The notes under the pieces were generated by a model, which searched no databases, was not told where the DNA came from, and saw only the letters and a list, made by a program, of their open reading frames with translations. From a virus, in UHGV virus genome UHGV-0119120: 34,560 nucleotides of DNA, one strand, 5' to 3'. The position numbers were made by a program, and so were the translations under genes. Shown in pieces: positions 9,047 to 17,390 of this stretch. Positions within the stretch are counted from its first letter, which is position 1. Each line of letters begins with the position of its first letter.

Positions 9047-9487
9047 TTAAAACTCCCCGAGAAGCTGGTCAATCTTGCCGCAGTCGAATACCCAGGCGAC
9101 GGTTCCGCCCTCTTTAGCGTTATTGAAATCAGGCTGTTTCTGGAATGCACACGAACGCGCAGTAGAAATATCACCCGATGCCGTGTTGCGAATGACGATC
9201 ACGTTATTGCCCCAGGTGGCAGAGGACTGGCTTTGCGCGTTATACGCCAGAGACAGCTTTTTATTCACCGGGGAGGTTTTGAGTAGCGTCACCGTAATGG
9301 TGCCTGACTTATCGGCGTGCAGGCTGTGCATCACCTCGCCATCGGCACCGATGGTCATGGTGTTTTTGTTGCCGCCCATGGTCTGGGTGATACCTTCCTC
9401 AGAGTTCGCAGAACCCTGACCAAGATCGATAACGCCGGTCGGCCCGGTGAGCGACGCGGTTACATCGAGAAAAGAATAAGTTGCCAT
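9047..9487 (-). CDS. tail tube protein
   Basis: 146 aa ORF immediately downstream of the sheath gene, canonical position and size. Confidence 0.6.
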   Translation of the reverse strand: MATYSFLDVTASLTGPTGVIDLGQGSANSEEGITQTMGGNKNTMTIGADGEVMHSLHADKSGTITVTLLKTSPVNKKLSLAYNAQSQSSATWGNNVIVIRNTASGDISTARSCAFQKQPDFNNAKEGGTVAWVFDCGKIDQLLGEF

Positions 9488-9497
9488 TTATCGCTCC

Positions 9498-10658
9498 TTA
9501 GCGAACCACGTTGATCTGCACATCGGCATAATGAACTGCGCCAGCCTGCTTACAGGCCACCTGGATTAACGGTGCTTTGCGCGCTTCGCGGTCGGCCTGC
9601 GCCTGTTCGGACAGCGGTTGCGCATACACGTAATAGCCTTTGGTCAGCGTATCGCCGGAATTCAGCTGTCCGATAGGGCCACCATTCCACACGCCAGCCG
9701 CTACCAGACCGTTCGTGACGGACTGATCCATGGACTGTTCAACGTTGGAAAGCAGACGGGTCACACCGGCATCAGTCTGCGGAATTTTGGTGGTGCTGGT
9801 GTAAAGCAGGTTATAGAGGTTGGTCTGAACGTAGTTCTGCAACCAGTCGAGCCCGTGGCGCTCGTCGAAGAAGTCACCGTTCGCCATGACACCCTGTTGC
9901 AGGATCGCCGTGTCGTTGGCGTAGTACACGAACACGTTCGCATTCTTCGCATCCACAGCCGCCGCCTGTCCTACCGTCAGCGTTTCGTAGGTTACGCTCG
10001 GTTCCTGTTTGAATTTCAGGGTAATGGTGGTATTGCTGCCGTTGAAATTGACAGTAAACGCGCGACCGAAAGCTGAAACCGCCGCATAAGGGCTGCTGGT
10101 GGAATATTGAATAAAGGTACGGGAATACTTACCGGCCTTTAATTTAGACGCAACATCGGTCGTCGAAGTCGTGCTGATGATCTCAGCGTCGGCTGACGTT
10201 ACCCCGAAAATGCGGCTCAGGCTGGACGCTTCGATGAGTTTAGCAACCTCAATCACGTCGTCAGCATCAAGCACATCATCGCCATCAGCAACATCATCAG
10301 CGACAACCAGCCCATACCAGTTGGTATACTGCAGGCAGGCATTAACAGCTTGCACGATGGTTTCCACGCTTCCACCTTCGGAAGAGGTCAGCGTCTTCGC
10401 CCAGCGGCCAACATAAACCTGCGTCGGCTTCGGTGACTGGCTGAAGAAAACCTGCGCTGCTTTATATTCCGGGCTGTCGACACCGAAGTCTTCGCCAATG
10501 TCCTCAACGGAAGCATATAGGCGAGTACGTTCTGTCACCGGAATGACAGTGGAAGAGCCAAGGATTAGCAATGCGCCGAAGTTACGACCAGTAGCCGCTT
10601 TCGGCGAGATGATCACATCAACGTTTACAACGTTGGATACAGGTAAGCCCTGCGTCAT
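9498..10658 (-). CDS. tail sheath protein
   Basis: 386 aa ORF upstream of the tube, canonical contractile-tail order. Confidence 0.65.
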   Translation of the reverse strand: MTQGLPVSNVVNVDVIISPKAATGRNFGALLILGSSTVIPVTERTRLYASVEDIGEDFGVDSPEYKAAQVFFSQSPKPTQVYVGRWAKTLTSSEGGSVETIVQAVNACLQYTNWYGLVVADDVADGDDVLDADDVIEVAKLIEASSLSRIFGVTSADAEIISTTSTTDVASKLKAGKYSRTFIQYSTSSPYAAVSAFGRAFTVNFNGSNTTITLKFKQEPSVTYETLTVGQAAAVDAKNANVFVYYANDTAILQQGVMANGDFFDERHGLDWLQNYVQTNLYNLLYTSTTKIPQTDAGVTRLLSNVEQSMDQSVTNGLVAAGVWNGGPIGQLNSGDTLTKGYYVYAQPLSEQAQADREARKAPLIQVACKQAGAVHYADVQINVVR

Positions 10659-10661
10659 AGT

Positions 10662-11267
10662 TTATTCTCCAAAAAAGGTGACTGGCGCTTCCACCAGCGA
10701 TTTAATGCCGTACTCGCGCACGACCTTCCGGCGCAGGCGCACCGTCATGTCGTAGCGGCGAACCCATTGCTGGTTGATAAGTTCGGGGAAAGGGGTCAGA
10801 CCGGTATAGTCGCCCAGAGACAAACCAAGCGCGTTCAGCTCAGCATTGTTTTGCGGGACAGATATGCCATCGCGAAAACGGGACGCATAAGACATACCAG
10901 CCGGGCCATAGAACGACGCCATGCACTCGAACGTTTCATGCCGCCAGAGCTGAGCGCCCTCGTCGGTCTGATTGGTGAATGCAGGACTGTTATCAATGGG
11001 CCACCCGGTAACGCCGAACGCACACCAGTTCGTTTCAACTGACGGTAGTGATGGCTGTTCTTTCTGCCAGCGCGGGCGAACCATCCCCGCAGGCAAGCCG
11101 GAAACATTGCGCATCCATCGGCTTAGCAGCCTGTCGAGCGCTTCGTCATAATCAGGATCGCCGCTGGTGGGTGTCAGCCAGCCGCGCTCTGTGCTGGTGT
11201 TATTGCTCAACGGGAGTTCCCCCATCAAACGGCAGTAATTCGCAATGTGCCTGGACAAAGCCAGCAC
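10662..11267 (-). CDS. virion protein (tail completion/terminator candidate)
   Basis: 201 aa ORF between neck genes and sheath; start codon uncertain (overlaps the upstream ORF). Confidence 0.4.
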   Translation of the reverse strand: MLALSRHIANYCRLMGELPLSNNTSTERGWLTPTSGDPDYDEALDRLLSRWMRNVSGLPAGMVRPRWQKEQPSLPSVETNWCAFGVTGWPIDNSPAFTNQTDEGAQLWRHETFECMASFYGPAGMSYASRFRDGISVPQNNAELNALGLSLGDYTGLTPFPELINQQWVRRYDMTVRLRRKVVREYGIKSLVEAPVTFFGE

Positions 11268-11589
11268 CGTAAGCCGTGTACGGGTCGACGAATGTCACAC
11301 GATAATCACGGTTCTGGTACGTCACGATATCGGCATCACGGCCAGTCTGCCCCTGCGTCAGCCGCTCAGTTGTCACGATGAGAATCGCGCCACTGATAAC
11401 CTGGCCGGACTGCATACGTCGGTTTTCGAGAGAGCGGTCAACGGTAACAACTCCGGCAAACTGCGTTTTAACTTCGCTGTCGCTGCCGATCCCGTCCTCG
11501 TCCACCGTTTGCGCGCGACGCGTTACCCACAGGTTGAAGTCGCAAAAATCGGGGTCAAAAAGTACGTCCGTCACATCAAGATTCGGCAT
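11200..11589 (-). CDS. virion protein (head-tail joining candidate)
   Basis: 129 aa ORF in the neck module. Confidence 0.4.
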   Translation of the reverse strand: MPNLDVTDVLFDPDFCDFNLWVTRRAQTVDEDGIGSDSEVKTQFAGVVTVDRSLENRRMQSGQVISGAILIVTTERLTQGQTGRDADIVTYQNRDYRVTFVDPYTAYGAGFVQAHCELLPFDGGTPVEQ

Positions 11590-12130
11590 CTTTATCCCTC
11601 ACAACATGGGTAATGGCTCTGCGATATTGCCCGGTGTCAATTAGCGGTTTCACCAGGTCGGTTCCGGGAGACTCGCCAGCAGCGCGCCGCGCAAGTTCCG
11701 CTTTTGCCCCTTTGCGGCCACGGCGTGCACGGGCTTCAACGGTGCTATCAGCAAGCGGTGTAAAGCCGGTAATGGTCATGTAACTCCTGACGCCATTCGC
11801 GGCCAGCGTTCCGGCGCGGTTAAGCGCTCTTTCTGCACCCGCCGCATTTCCATCAAGCGCAGCCTGCGCCGCTGCTTTGAGCTGCGGCACCGTCTGTTCC
11901 TCTACGGATTTAACGCCGGGGATCAGGTGCGGGCGTGGGGGTATGTTTTGCGCTGGTGAGCCGTATTCGTTGACGTAACCGATCCCGGCATTACCAAACG
12001 GAACATCCTCACGCTCGCTGTCTTCTTCCGGGATGCCGACCAGCACATCTTTTTTGGTTAACGACCTGAGCGCATCCAGAATGGCCTTAGCGTTATCCAC
12101 CCTCGTTGTTACACCGCTTTTGAAACTCAT
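11576..12130 (-). CDS. neck / virion morphogenesis protein
   Basis: 184 aa ORF; start overlaps the stop of the upstream DUF4054-like gene. Confidence 0.45.
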   Translation of the reverse strand: MSFKSGVTTRVDNAKAILDALRSLTKKDVLVGIPEEDSEREDVPFGNAGIGYVNEYGSPAQNIPPRPHLIPGVKSVEEQTVPQLKAAAQAALDGNAAGAERALNRAGTLAANGVRSYMTITGFTPLADSTVEARARRGRKGAKAELARRAAGESPGTDLVKPLIDTGQYRRAITHVVRDKDAES

Positions 12131-12534
12131 AGCTGGCGACCGCCTGCACCGAACATCGTGATCAGCTGATAAAATTCAGCGCCATATCGGGTGTTATTCC
12201 AGAAGCCTGCGTCAGGGTTTAGCGTCGCGCTGGTGTCATAGCTGACGCTTACCTTGTCAACGGACTTGGAGGACTGAACACCATTGGTTGAGCCGCCCGG
12301 GCCGCCGACGAGCATTGCCCGGCTATCTGCCGCCCAGAGCGTCATGTAGTGAGCCACGAACAACTCGACAAAGTACGGAAACAACTCTTTGCCGGTGACG
12401 TTTTCGCTCAGCAGCACATCAGCCAGATTCAGACGAAACTGGATTTGTGCTTCGGGATATTTGGCAGGGTCAGCAAACTGTGGAAAGTCGCGCCGAAAAT
12501 CACTTACTGTTGGCAGGCTTTGATTCTTTGGCAT
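12127..12534 (-). CDS. head completion protein (DUF4054-like)
   Basis: ORF 12127..12633; likely start [13 protein letters not shown] at 12534, downstream of the preceding gene. Confidence 0.45.
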   Translation of the reverse strand: MPKNQSLPTVSDFRRDFPQFADPAKYPEAQIQFRLNLADVLLSENVTGKELFPYFVELFVAHYMTLWAADSRAMLVGGPGGSTNGVQSSKSVDKVSVSYDTSATLNPDAGFWNNTRYGAEFYQLITMFGAGGRQL

Positions 12535-12889
12535 CTTTCGCCCCATTACCGCCAGTCTGGGCGGCAGCAATCTGCGCTTGCAGGCTGTCGTTCTGCTCTT
12601 GCAGCTTGAGCAGCGCTTCTCGCAGATCGGCAATCAACTGATCTTTATCGATAATCTGCTTATCTTTGTCGGCAATCTGAGCTTGCAGGCTGTCGATAAT
12701 GGGTTGCAGATCATCGGTGTCGCTAATCACGCTTTCGGAAAGCTCGGAGTGCGCCTGGGTGAACCAGTGCGACGCGACCTCTTCCGGTACGTTATGCCGT
12801 CCCCGGCCAAACTCCCTTTTTGACTGATCGCCGAGCGTCAGCGTAAACGGGGTGTGAACATGGATGGTAACCAGCTTTTCTTTCGCCAT
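12500..12889 (-). CDS. coiled-coil virion protein (possible head decoration/scaffold-associated)
   Basis: 129 aa ORF with a Gln/Asp/Leu-rich heptad-like C-terminus, immediately after the capsid gene. Confidence 0.4.
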   Translation of the reverse strand: MAKEKLVTIHVHTPFTLTLGDQSKREFGRGRHNVPEEVASHWFTQAHSELSESVISDTDDLQPIIDSLQAQIADKDKQIIDKDQLIADLREALLKLQEQNDSLQAQIAAAQTGGNGAKDAKESKPANSK

Positions 12890-12930
12890 TTTCAGTTCCC
12901 TTCTGGCCCCTTTCGGGGCCGTTCTGGTTA

Positions 12931-13872
12931 TCAGATACCGTCCACGTAGGACAGGGTTTCTTTGTACACTGGCTCAACCGCACCGAGCTTGCCGTAGTAG
13001 GTCGCAATCTGATACAGACCGCGATACTGGACAGGAACGCTCTGCAACGGCACCAGCGGATAGCGCACGTATTTCTTGTCGTTGGTGTAGGCGATCATAC
13101 GGTCTTTACCGCCAACCCCACGCCCTTTCAGCCATTTGACCGCTTTGATTTCAAGCGGAACGCCGTTCTGGTGGAAAGCGATAGTGTTCACAGCCAGATA
13201 GGTCAGCAGTGACTGGTTACCCGCTTCGGAAACCTTACGGCTCGCCAGCAGTGAATACTGCTCTGGCGGAATGCGCAGATCAGAAGGCACGATGGAATAA
13301 CCGGATGCTGCCCAGGCATTAGACAGAATGCTGTTCACGCTATCGAGGATCTCGTCGTTGGTTGAGTTCGCCCAGGTCTTCGGCGCATTGTTCAGCGTCA
13401 CACCGACAAGGTTTGCCAGCCCTTTCAGGCCGAGCGCATCATCGCCGATGTAAACCTGCTCGTCGTTATCCATCTGCCATTTGAGCTGCATCCCGTCGTA
13501 CTTCTGGGTATCAATCGGGCGACCTACCTGCTGAGCTGCTGCCAGCTCTACAACGGTCCAGCCCAGTTCCATACCCCAGAGGTTCAGTGGATTGCCGTCT
13601 TTGCTGATATCCACGTTCACGCCAGCAATAGCGGTGGAGTCTTTGCCTACCCAGTTTTTACCATTCGGATTTGCGCCAGTACCAGCAGCGCCAAAACTGG
13701 TGTTAGTCCAGCTGGAAATGTCATCTGCGATAGAAACGTCTTCACGCAGCTGAATATCGCGGGTCCAGGTGTAACCCACCAGCGGCAGGTTCAGCGTCTG
13801 GTCGAGTCGCTCCAGCTCCCCGATGAGAAAGGCACCAGAGCTATCAACGGTTGCCTGATCAAAAGTAATCAT
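12931..13872 (-). CDS. major capsid protein (DUF2184-like, HK97 fold family)
   Basis: 313 aa ORF in the canonical position after the small head protein; sequence character matches myophage major capsid proteins. Confidence 0.65.
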   Translation of the reverse strand: MITFDQATVDSSGAFLIGELERLDQTLNLPLVGYTWTRDIQLREDVSIADDISSWTNTSFGAAGTGANPNGKNWVGKDSTAIAGVNVDISKDGNPLNLWGMELGWTVVELAAAQQVGRPIDTQKYDGMQLKWQMDNDEQVYIGDDALGLKGLANLVGVTLNNAPKTWANSTNDEILDSVNSILSNAWAASGYSIVPSDLRIPPEQYSLLASRKVSEAGNQSLLTYLAVNTIAFHQNGVPLEIKAVKWLKGRGVGGKDRMIAYTNDKKYVRYPLVPLQSVPVQYRGLYQIATYYGKLGAVEPVYKETLSYVDGI

Positions 13873-13883
13873 TCGTCTGTTCC

Positions 13884-14366
13884 TTAAATCTTCCAGGAGA
13901 TTTCTGCATTGCCGTTAGCGTCACCGGCCCCTGTGAATTCGGCGTTGGTCAGCGCCACGTTTTTGCCACTGACGGACGTGGACATGAAGCCGCCCAGCGG
14001 CACTTTGATGGATTCATCAGTGGAGACGACAACGTATACCGGGTCGCCTTTTTTGATGGTGCTGGCATCAAAATCAGAACCGAGATTAACGGTCATGTAG
14101 CCACGCTTCATGGCGTCACCCGGGAAGTTCTTATCCGTCCCCACCTGGCGAACCATGTCTGGCTGCGATGTGGTCGGATACGGACGAACGTAGATCCCCT
14201 TCACCTTGTCGGCGGTGTCACCGTCCGCCAGCGGCACGAAAAAGCCGTCAGCGTCATATTTGCCAGCCAGACCATAGGCAGCGAAGGCGTTAGCGGATTT
14301 AAGGATCACCGGTTCGACGGTTAAGTCCTGCGGGCGAGAGATAGCCCCGGCAATGCCAACAGGCAT
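13884..14366 (-). CDS. head structural protein (DUF2190-like)
   Basis: 160 aa ORF immediately upstream of the capsid gene; first morphogenesis gene after the island. Confidence 0.5.
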   Translation of the reverse strand: MPVGIAGAISRPQDLTVEPVILKSANAFAAYGLAGKYDADGFFVPLADGDTADKVKGIYVRPYPTTSQPDMVRQVGTDKNFPGDAMKRGYMTVNLGSDFDASTIKKGDPVYVVVSTDESIKVPLGGFMSTSVSGKNVALTNAEFTGAGDANGNAEISWKI

Positions 14367-14507
14367 CCGGTACAGGAATGCAAGGCTATTATTTAATCAC
14401 CTGAAATATAAGGATTTATTTGCAGTCTGATTTTGCGTGTAGTCCAAAAACTGCTCTGTGATGTATGGCGCTGAATGGGGTAAGTTACTCAATACCAGAT
14501 GTGACAT

Positions 14508-14756
14508 TTAGCGGCACATCATCCGGTAGCGCTCACCTGACGTTCTGGGATCCTCGAATTTTGATTCTAACTGGTGTACTGGCGGAGAATAGCAACCGCT
14601 GGAAACCATATTGGCGATATCTGCCGGGCTGCGGGGGTCGTCATACAGCATAATTAACGCTTCTGCGATTTCTTTGGTGCTAGCCTCCACGCTTAAAGGT
14701 TTAGTCTTAGCCATGACTTTCTCCAGTGCGATGATGCGTTTTATCCGTTCATTCAT
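14508..14756 (-). CDS. hypothetical small protein
   Basis: 82 aa ORF; its ATG overlaps the stop of the DUF5681-like gene (ATGAATGA). Confidence 0.35.
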   Translation of the reverse strand: MNERIKRIIALEKVMAKTKPLSVEASTKEIAEALIMLYDDPRSPADIANMVSSGCYSPPVHQLESKFEDPRTSGERYRMMCR

Positions 14757-15183
14757 TATGTTCTCCTTCCAGACGGGCTATGCGTTCTTCTAGCTCAGTT
14801 ATTTCAATGACTTTCATCATGCTGGCTAGCCCATCAAGTATAACCTTACCTTGATCTGCTGATAACGTCCCAGCGGCTATAGCTTTCATCACCGAACGGG
14901 CCAGCGACTGTGGGTCTGAGTCATCGAGATCAAAGGGCGTTGGAGGCAATATTGGTTTGCTTGGCGGGACAATGCGATCGAGGATGATTCTGCACGCTGC
15001 CATATCGCCTTTTCTGGCTTTTTTTAGAATGGCATCCGCTGCATCCTCCGCCCCCTCCGCCAGAAGGTTACGCAATTCAGTAGCTGTTTTTGGTCTACCT
15101 CCGGGATTCCCGCTATTCCCCTTAGCAAACTGGCCGCGCTTATTCCGTGTTACCTGTTTTTGCCTGTTCTCAGGTGCTGCCAT
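14749..15183 (-). CDS. DUF5681-like phage protein
   Basis: 144 aa; N-terminal KRGQFAKGNSGNPGGRPK motif characteristic of DUF5681; coiled-coil C-terminus. Confidence 0.5.
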   Translation of the reverse strand: MAAPENRQKQVTRNKRGQFAKGNSGNPGGRPKTATELRNLLAEGAEDAADAILKKARKGDMAACRIILDRIVPPSKPILPPTPFDLDDSDPQSLARSVMKAIAAGTLSADQGKVILDGLASMMKVIEITELEERIARLEGEHNE

Positions 15184-15228
15184 TATTAATCACCTTCAAT
15201 AAGTTACAGATCCTCTCATGGGTAGCTA

Positions 15229-15801
15229 TCACTCTCTCTCCAGATCCTCAAGAGAGCAGCAAATATGCTGTGTTGAAACAAAATAGCTCAGCATGCTGCT
15301 TACCTTGTTTGACGCGACGTAATTATAATGCTCGACCATCTTTGCTAACGCGATAATCTCCCACCAGTAATGCTTAACTAGCTTTAGCGAAATTAAATAA
15401 GCCCGGCTATAGAGCTTGTCGCAATCATCTCCTGTTGCGCCTTGGTTCCTGTATTGCTCAAGCACTTTCCGAATATCGCTGGCGTCTCCTTTCCCTCCAT
15501 TTTCCAGTAGTTTTTCAGGTGGTTCGCCTGAGTAAAGGTGTTGTGCCATTACGCCAGAAAAAGAGACGACCATCTGCGCCAGTTCATCTTTTCTGACGGG
15601 GAGATGTGAGCATACCGCCCGGCAATTATCGACCTCTTTGCCGTTAGCCAGTCGAGCAATACGAAACTCATCAGCAATAGATATCTCAATTTGCCTAGCA
15701 CCCGTAAACCACGCAGCCATCGCGTGACCGGCTTCATGGATCGCGATATTTCTGTCCCACATAGGGCTTTTGCTGAATTCAACAATTACGCCATCACTCA
15801 C
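15229..15801 (-). CDS. standalone zinc-metalloprotease domain protein, FtsH (peptidase M41)-like, no AAA+ module
   Basis: 190 aa; AIHEAGHAMAAW matches the FtsH catalytic HEAGHA zinc-binding motif; downstream KDELAQMVVSFSGVMAQHLYSG and GDASDIRKV parallel the FtsH SRQKLESQISTLYGGRLAEEIIYG and ASNDIKVAT segments. No Walker motifs. Confidence 0.5.
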   Translation of the reverse strand: MSDGVIVEFSKSPMWDRNIAIHEAGHAMAAWFTGARQIEISIADEFRIARLANGKEVDNCRAVCSHLPVRKDELAQMVVSFSGVMAQHLYSGEPPEKLLENGGKGDASDIRKVLEQYRNQGATGDDCDKLYSRAYLISLKLVKHYWWEIIALAKMVEHYNYVASNKVSSMLSYFVSTQHICCSLEDLERE

Positions 15802-15863
15802 GCTGCTTACTCTCCGTTAGATCTGTCATTTAGTTAAATTTAACTGCGTTGGGGGAGTCTCCA

Positions 15864-16040
15864 TCACACACTCCCTTCAACGGCCATTGATTCCAGCGCC
15901 TTAGCCACCAGCCCACGTGCAATTTGGTGGATAGACGGCGCTACGCCAATATCGGAGCGCTGGCGTTCGCGCTCCTGGATCTTGCAGATTGCGGCGAACT
16001 GGTCGCCAGAGAGTAATACCGGCTTAACGTTTGGCTTTTT
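15864..16040 (-). CDS. hypothetical small basic protein (possible DNA-binding)
   Basis: Likely start MKKPNVKPVLLSGDQ inside the 95 aa track ORF; overlaps the stop of the upstream 64 aa ORF. Confidence 0.3.
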   Translation of the reverse strand, partial: KKPNVKPVLLSGDQFAAICKIQERERQRSDIGVAPSIHQIARGLVAKALESMAVEGSV

Positions 16041-16218
16041 CATCCTGTTCACTCCAGAACTTTGCATTCGCTTCGTTGACTTTTTCCAGATTGCGGCATT
16101 CGTTGTTGAAGTTGTTACGCATCCGCAATTGCTCGGCCTGTTCACGGCCAAAGAGTTTACGCCCGGCGCTTTGCGGGTTTCCTGCTGCTAATTTTGGGTC
16201 ATAAATAGCCATGCTCAT
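16024..16218 (-). CDS. hypothetical small protein
   Basis: 64 aa ORF packed between the 187 aa gene and the next small ORF. Confidence 0.3.
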   Translation of the reverse strand: MSMAIYDPKLAAGNPQSAGRKLFGREQAEQLRMRNNFNNECRNLEKVNEANAKFWSEQDEKAKR

Positions 16219-16224
16219 TGCTCC

Positions 16225-16788
16225 TTACTTCGTGCGATGCCAGAAACTGGCGTTGTCGGTGTTAATGCTGCGAATGGCGTCGCCTGTGGAGAGAATCTTC
16301 GGTGAAACGTTGTTAACTCGCATGTAGTCGCCAACCTGCTCCAGAACGTCGATAGCCTGATCAAGCTGAATCTCTGATAGCGGGGTCGGATGTACCGCAC
16401 TGAATGCCTCAGCGGGTGCGTAACGCAGCACATCAAGCGCAACAAGGCGAGGATCGGTATCAGGAAGGGCATTGTCATACTTTGGCGCTACAGCGCGTAC
16501 CAGGCGCATAAATTCAGCGTCCATTGACGTTGGCGCGGTGGAGGTCGTGGAAGCGCCGCTGCCACTGCGAGTAATCATGTCACTATCGCGGGTGTACATC
16601 CGACGCAGGCGGTCGCCAGTTGCAATGCGTGTTGCACGTTCCTGCTTAAGCGTCGTTGCAAGATTCGCAATGACGAGAGCCACAGGAAGCGAGCAGGTCA
16701 GCCTTTCGAACGTATCATCGGAGTAAGTCACCTCGACGGTACCACCAGCGTTATCACTTTCCAGATTAACATTGGTTATCTGTTTCAT
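16225..16788 (-). CDS. hypothetical protein, first gene of the island accessory module
   Basis: 187 aa ORF with AAGG RBS; preceded by a palindromic operator-like region. Confidence 0.45.
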   Translation of the reverse strand: MKQITNVNLESDNAGGTVEVTYSDDTFERLTCSLPVALVIANLATTLKQERATRIATGDRLRRMYTRDSDMITRSGSGASTTSTAPTSMDAEFMRLVRAVAPKYDNALPDTDPRLVALDVLRYAPAEAFSAVHPTPLSEIQLDQAIDVLEQVGDYMRVNNVSPKILSTGDAIRSINTDNASFWHRTK

Positions 16789-16823
16789 TGTTCATAACCT
16801 TTTGCGTTGTTTAAATTCTAATC

Positions 16824-16840
16824 ATTGCATAAATTGCAAT
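16824..16840. promoter_or_regulatory. perfect 17-bp palindrome ATTGCATAAATTGCAAT (candidate operator)
   Basis: Read directly; lies about 40-60 bp upstream of the 187 aa gene start, with a related half-site ATCATTGCG at 16851-16859. Confidence 0.35.
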
Positions 16841-16938
16841 GTTAGTAAATATCATTGCGTATATTGAAATGATAAATCGACGTGATACTATGACGGTGAT
16901 CCACCATTGTGTGATTGCATAAACATGGTTAACAAAAG

Positions 16939-16973
16939 CCCTCGCCTCTCCAGCGCGGGCTTTTTCTTTTCCG
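16939..16973. terminator. hairpin with flanking T/A runs (candidate bidirectional terminator between origin and accessory operon)
   Basis: AGCCCTCGC-CTCTCCA-GCGCGGGCT stem-loop (8/9 bp) followed by TTTTTCTTTT on the plus strand and preceded by AAAA. Confidence 0.4.
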
Positions 16974-17072
16974 CTCCGCAAAGTTGCCGTTTCCGCATAC
17001 TGTCGCTTAGGCGATGCCCCTCCAAATTCGTAATTACTCTCCGAAAAAAACTCTATAGATAAACAAAAACAT

Positions 17073-17365
17073 GTTGGTTCAGTTGGTTCAGTTGGTTCAA
17101 TTTGTAAAGATTGTTGTTTTATAAGGATTATTTCTTTCGGAGTGAACCAACAAAGCCCCATTTTGAACCAACAAACGCTATTTTCGTGTTGGTTCAGTGG
17201 GAAAGATTTACAGGCCAGCCAGAAAAGGGCGTTGGTTCAATAGCGGCATTTGTTGGTTCAAAATGGGGCTTTGTTGGTTCGGTGTTGGTTCACTTACAAG
17301 CATGTAAATGCATTAAATACATACACTTATATTAATTAAATAGTTACTGAACCAACTGAACCAAC
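17073..17365. repeat. iteron array, putative origin of replication
   Basis: At least 11 copies of GTTGGTTCA / TGAACCAAC, including three tandem copies at 17073-17099. A 29-bp perfect inverted repeat GAACCAACAAAGCCCCATTTTGAACCAAC sits at 17145-17173 and 17252-17280, with an AT-rich stretch at about 17300-17345. Directly downstream of the primase-helicase stop. Confidence 0.6.
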
Positions 17366-17390
17366 AAAAAAACATCTCGTATGTGTGTTT

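Noticed and set aside
16811-17161. Minus-strand 116 aa ORF across the iteron region
   Set aside because: Runs through the palindromes, terminator hairpin and iterons of the noncoding origin region; the repeated peptide (EPTEPTEPT) is a translation artefact of the DNA repeats.
17073-17365. Possible CRISPR array suggested by short repeats
   Set aside because: Repeats are only 9 bp, occur in both orientations, are partly contiguous and lack regular unique spacers; they fit iterons, not CRISPR.
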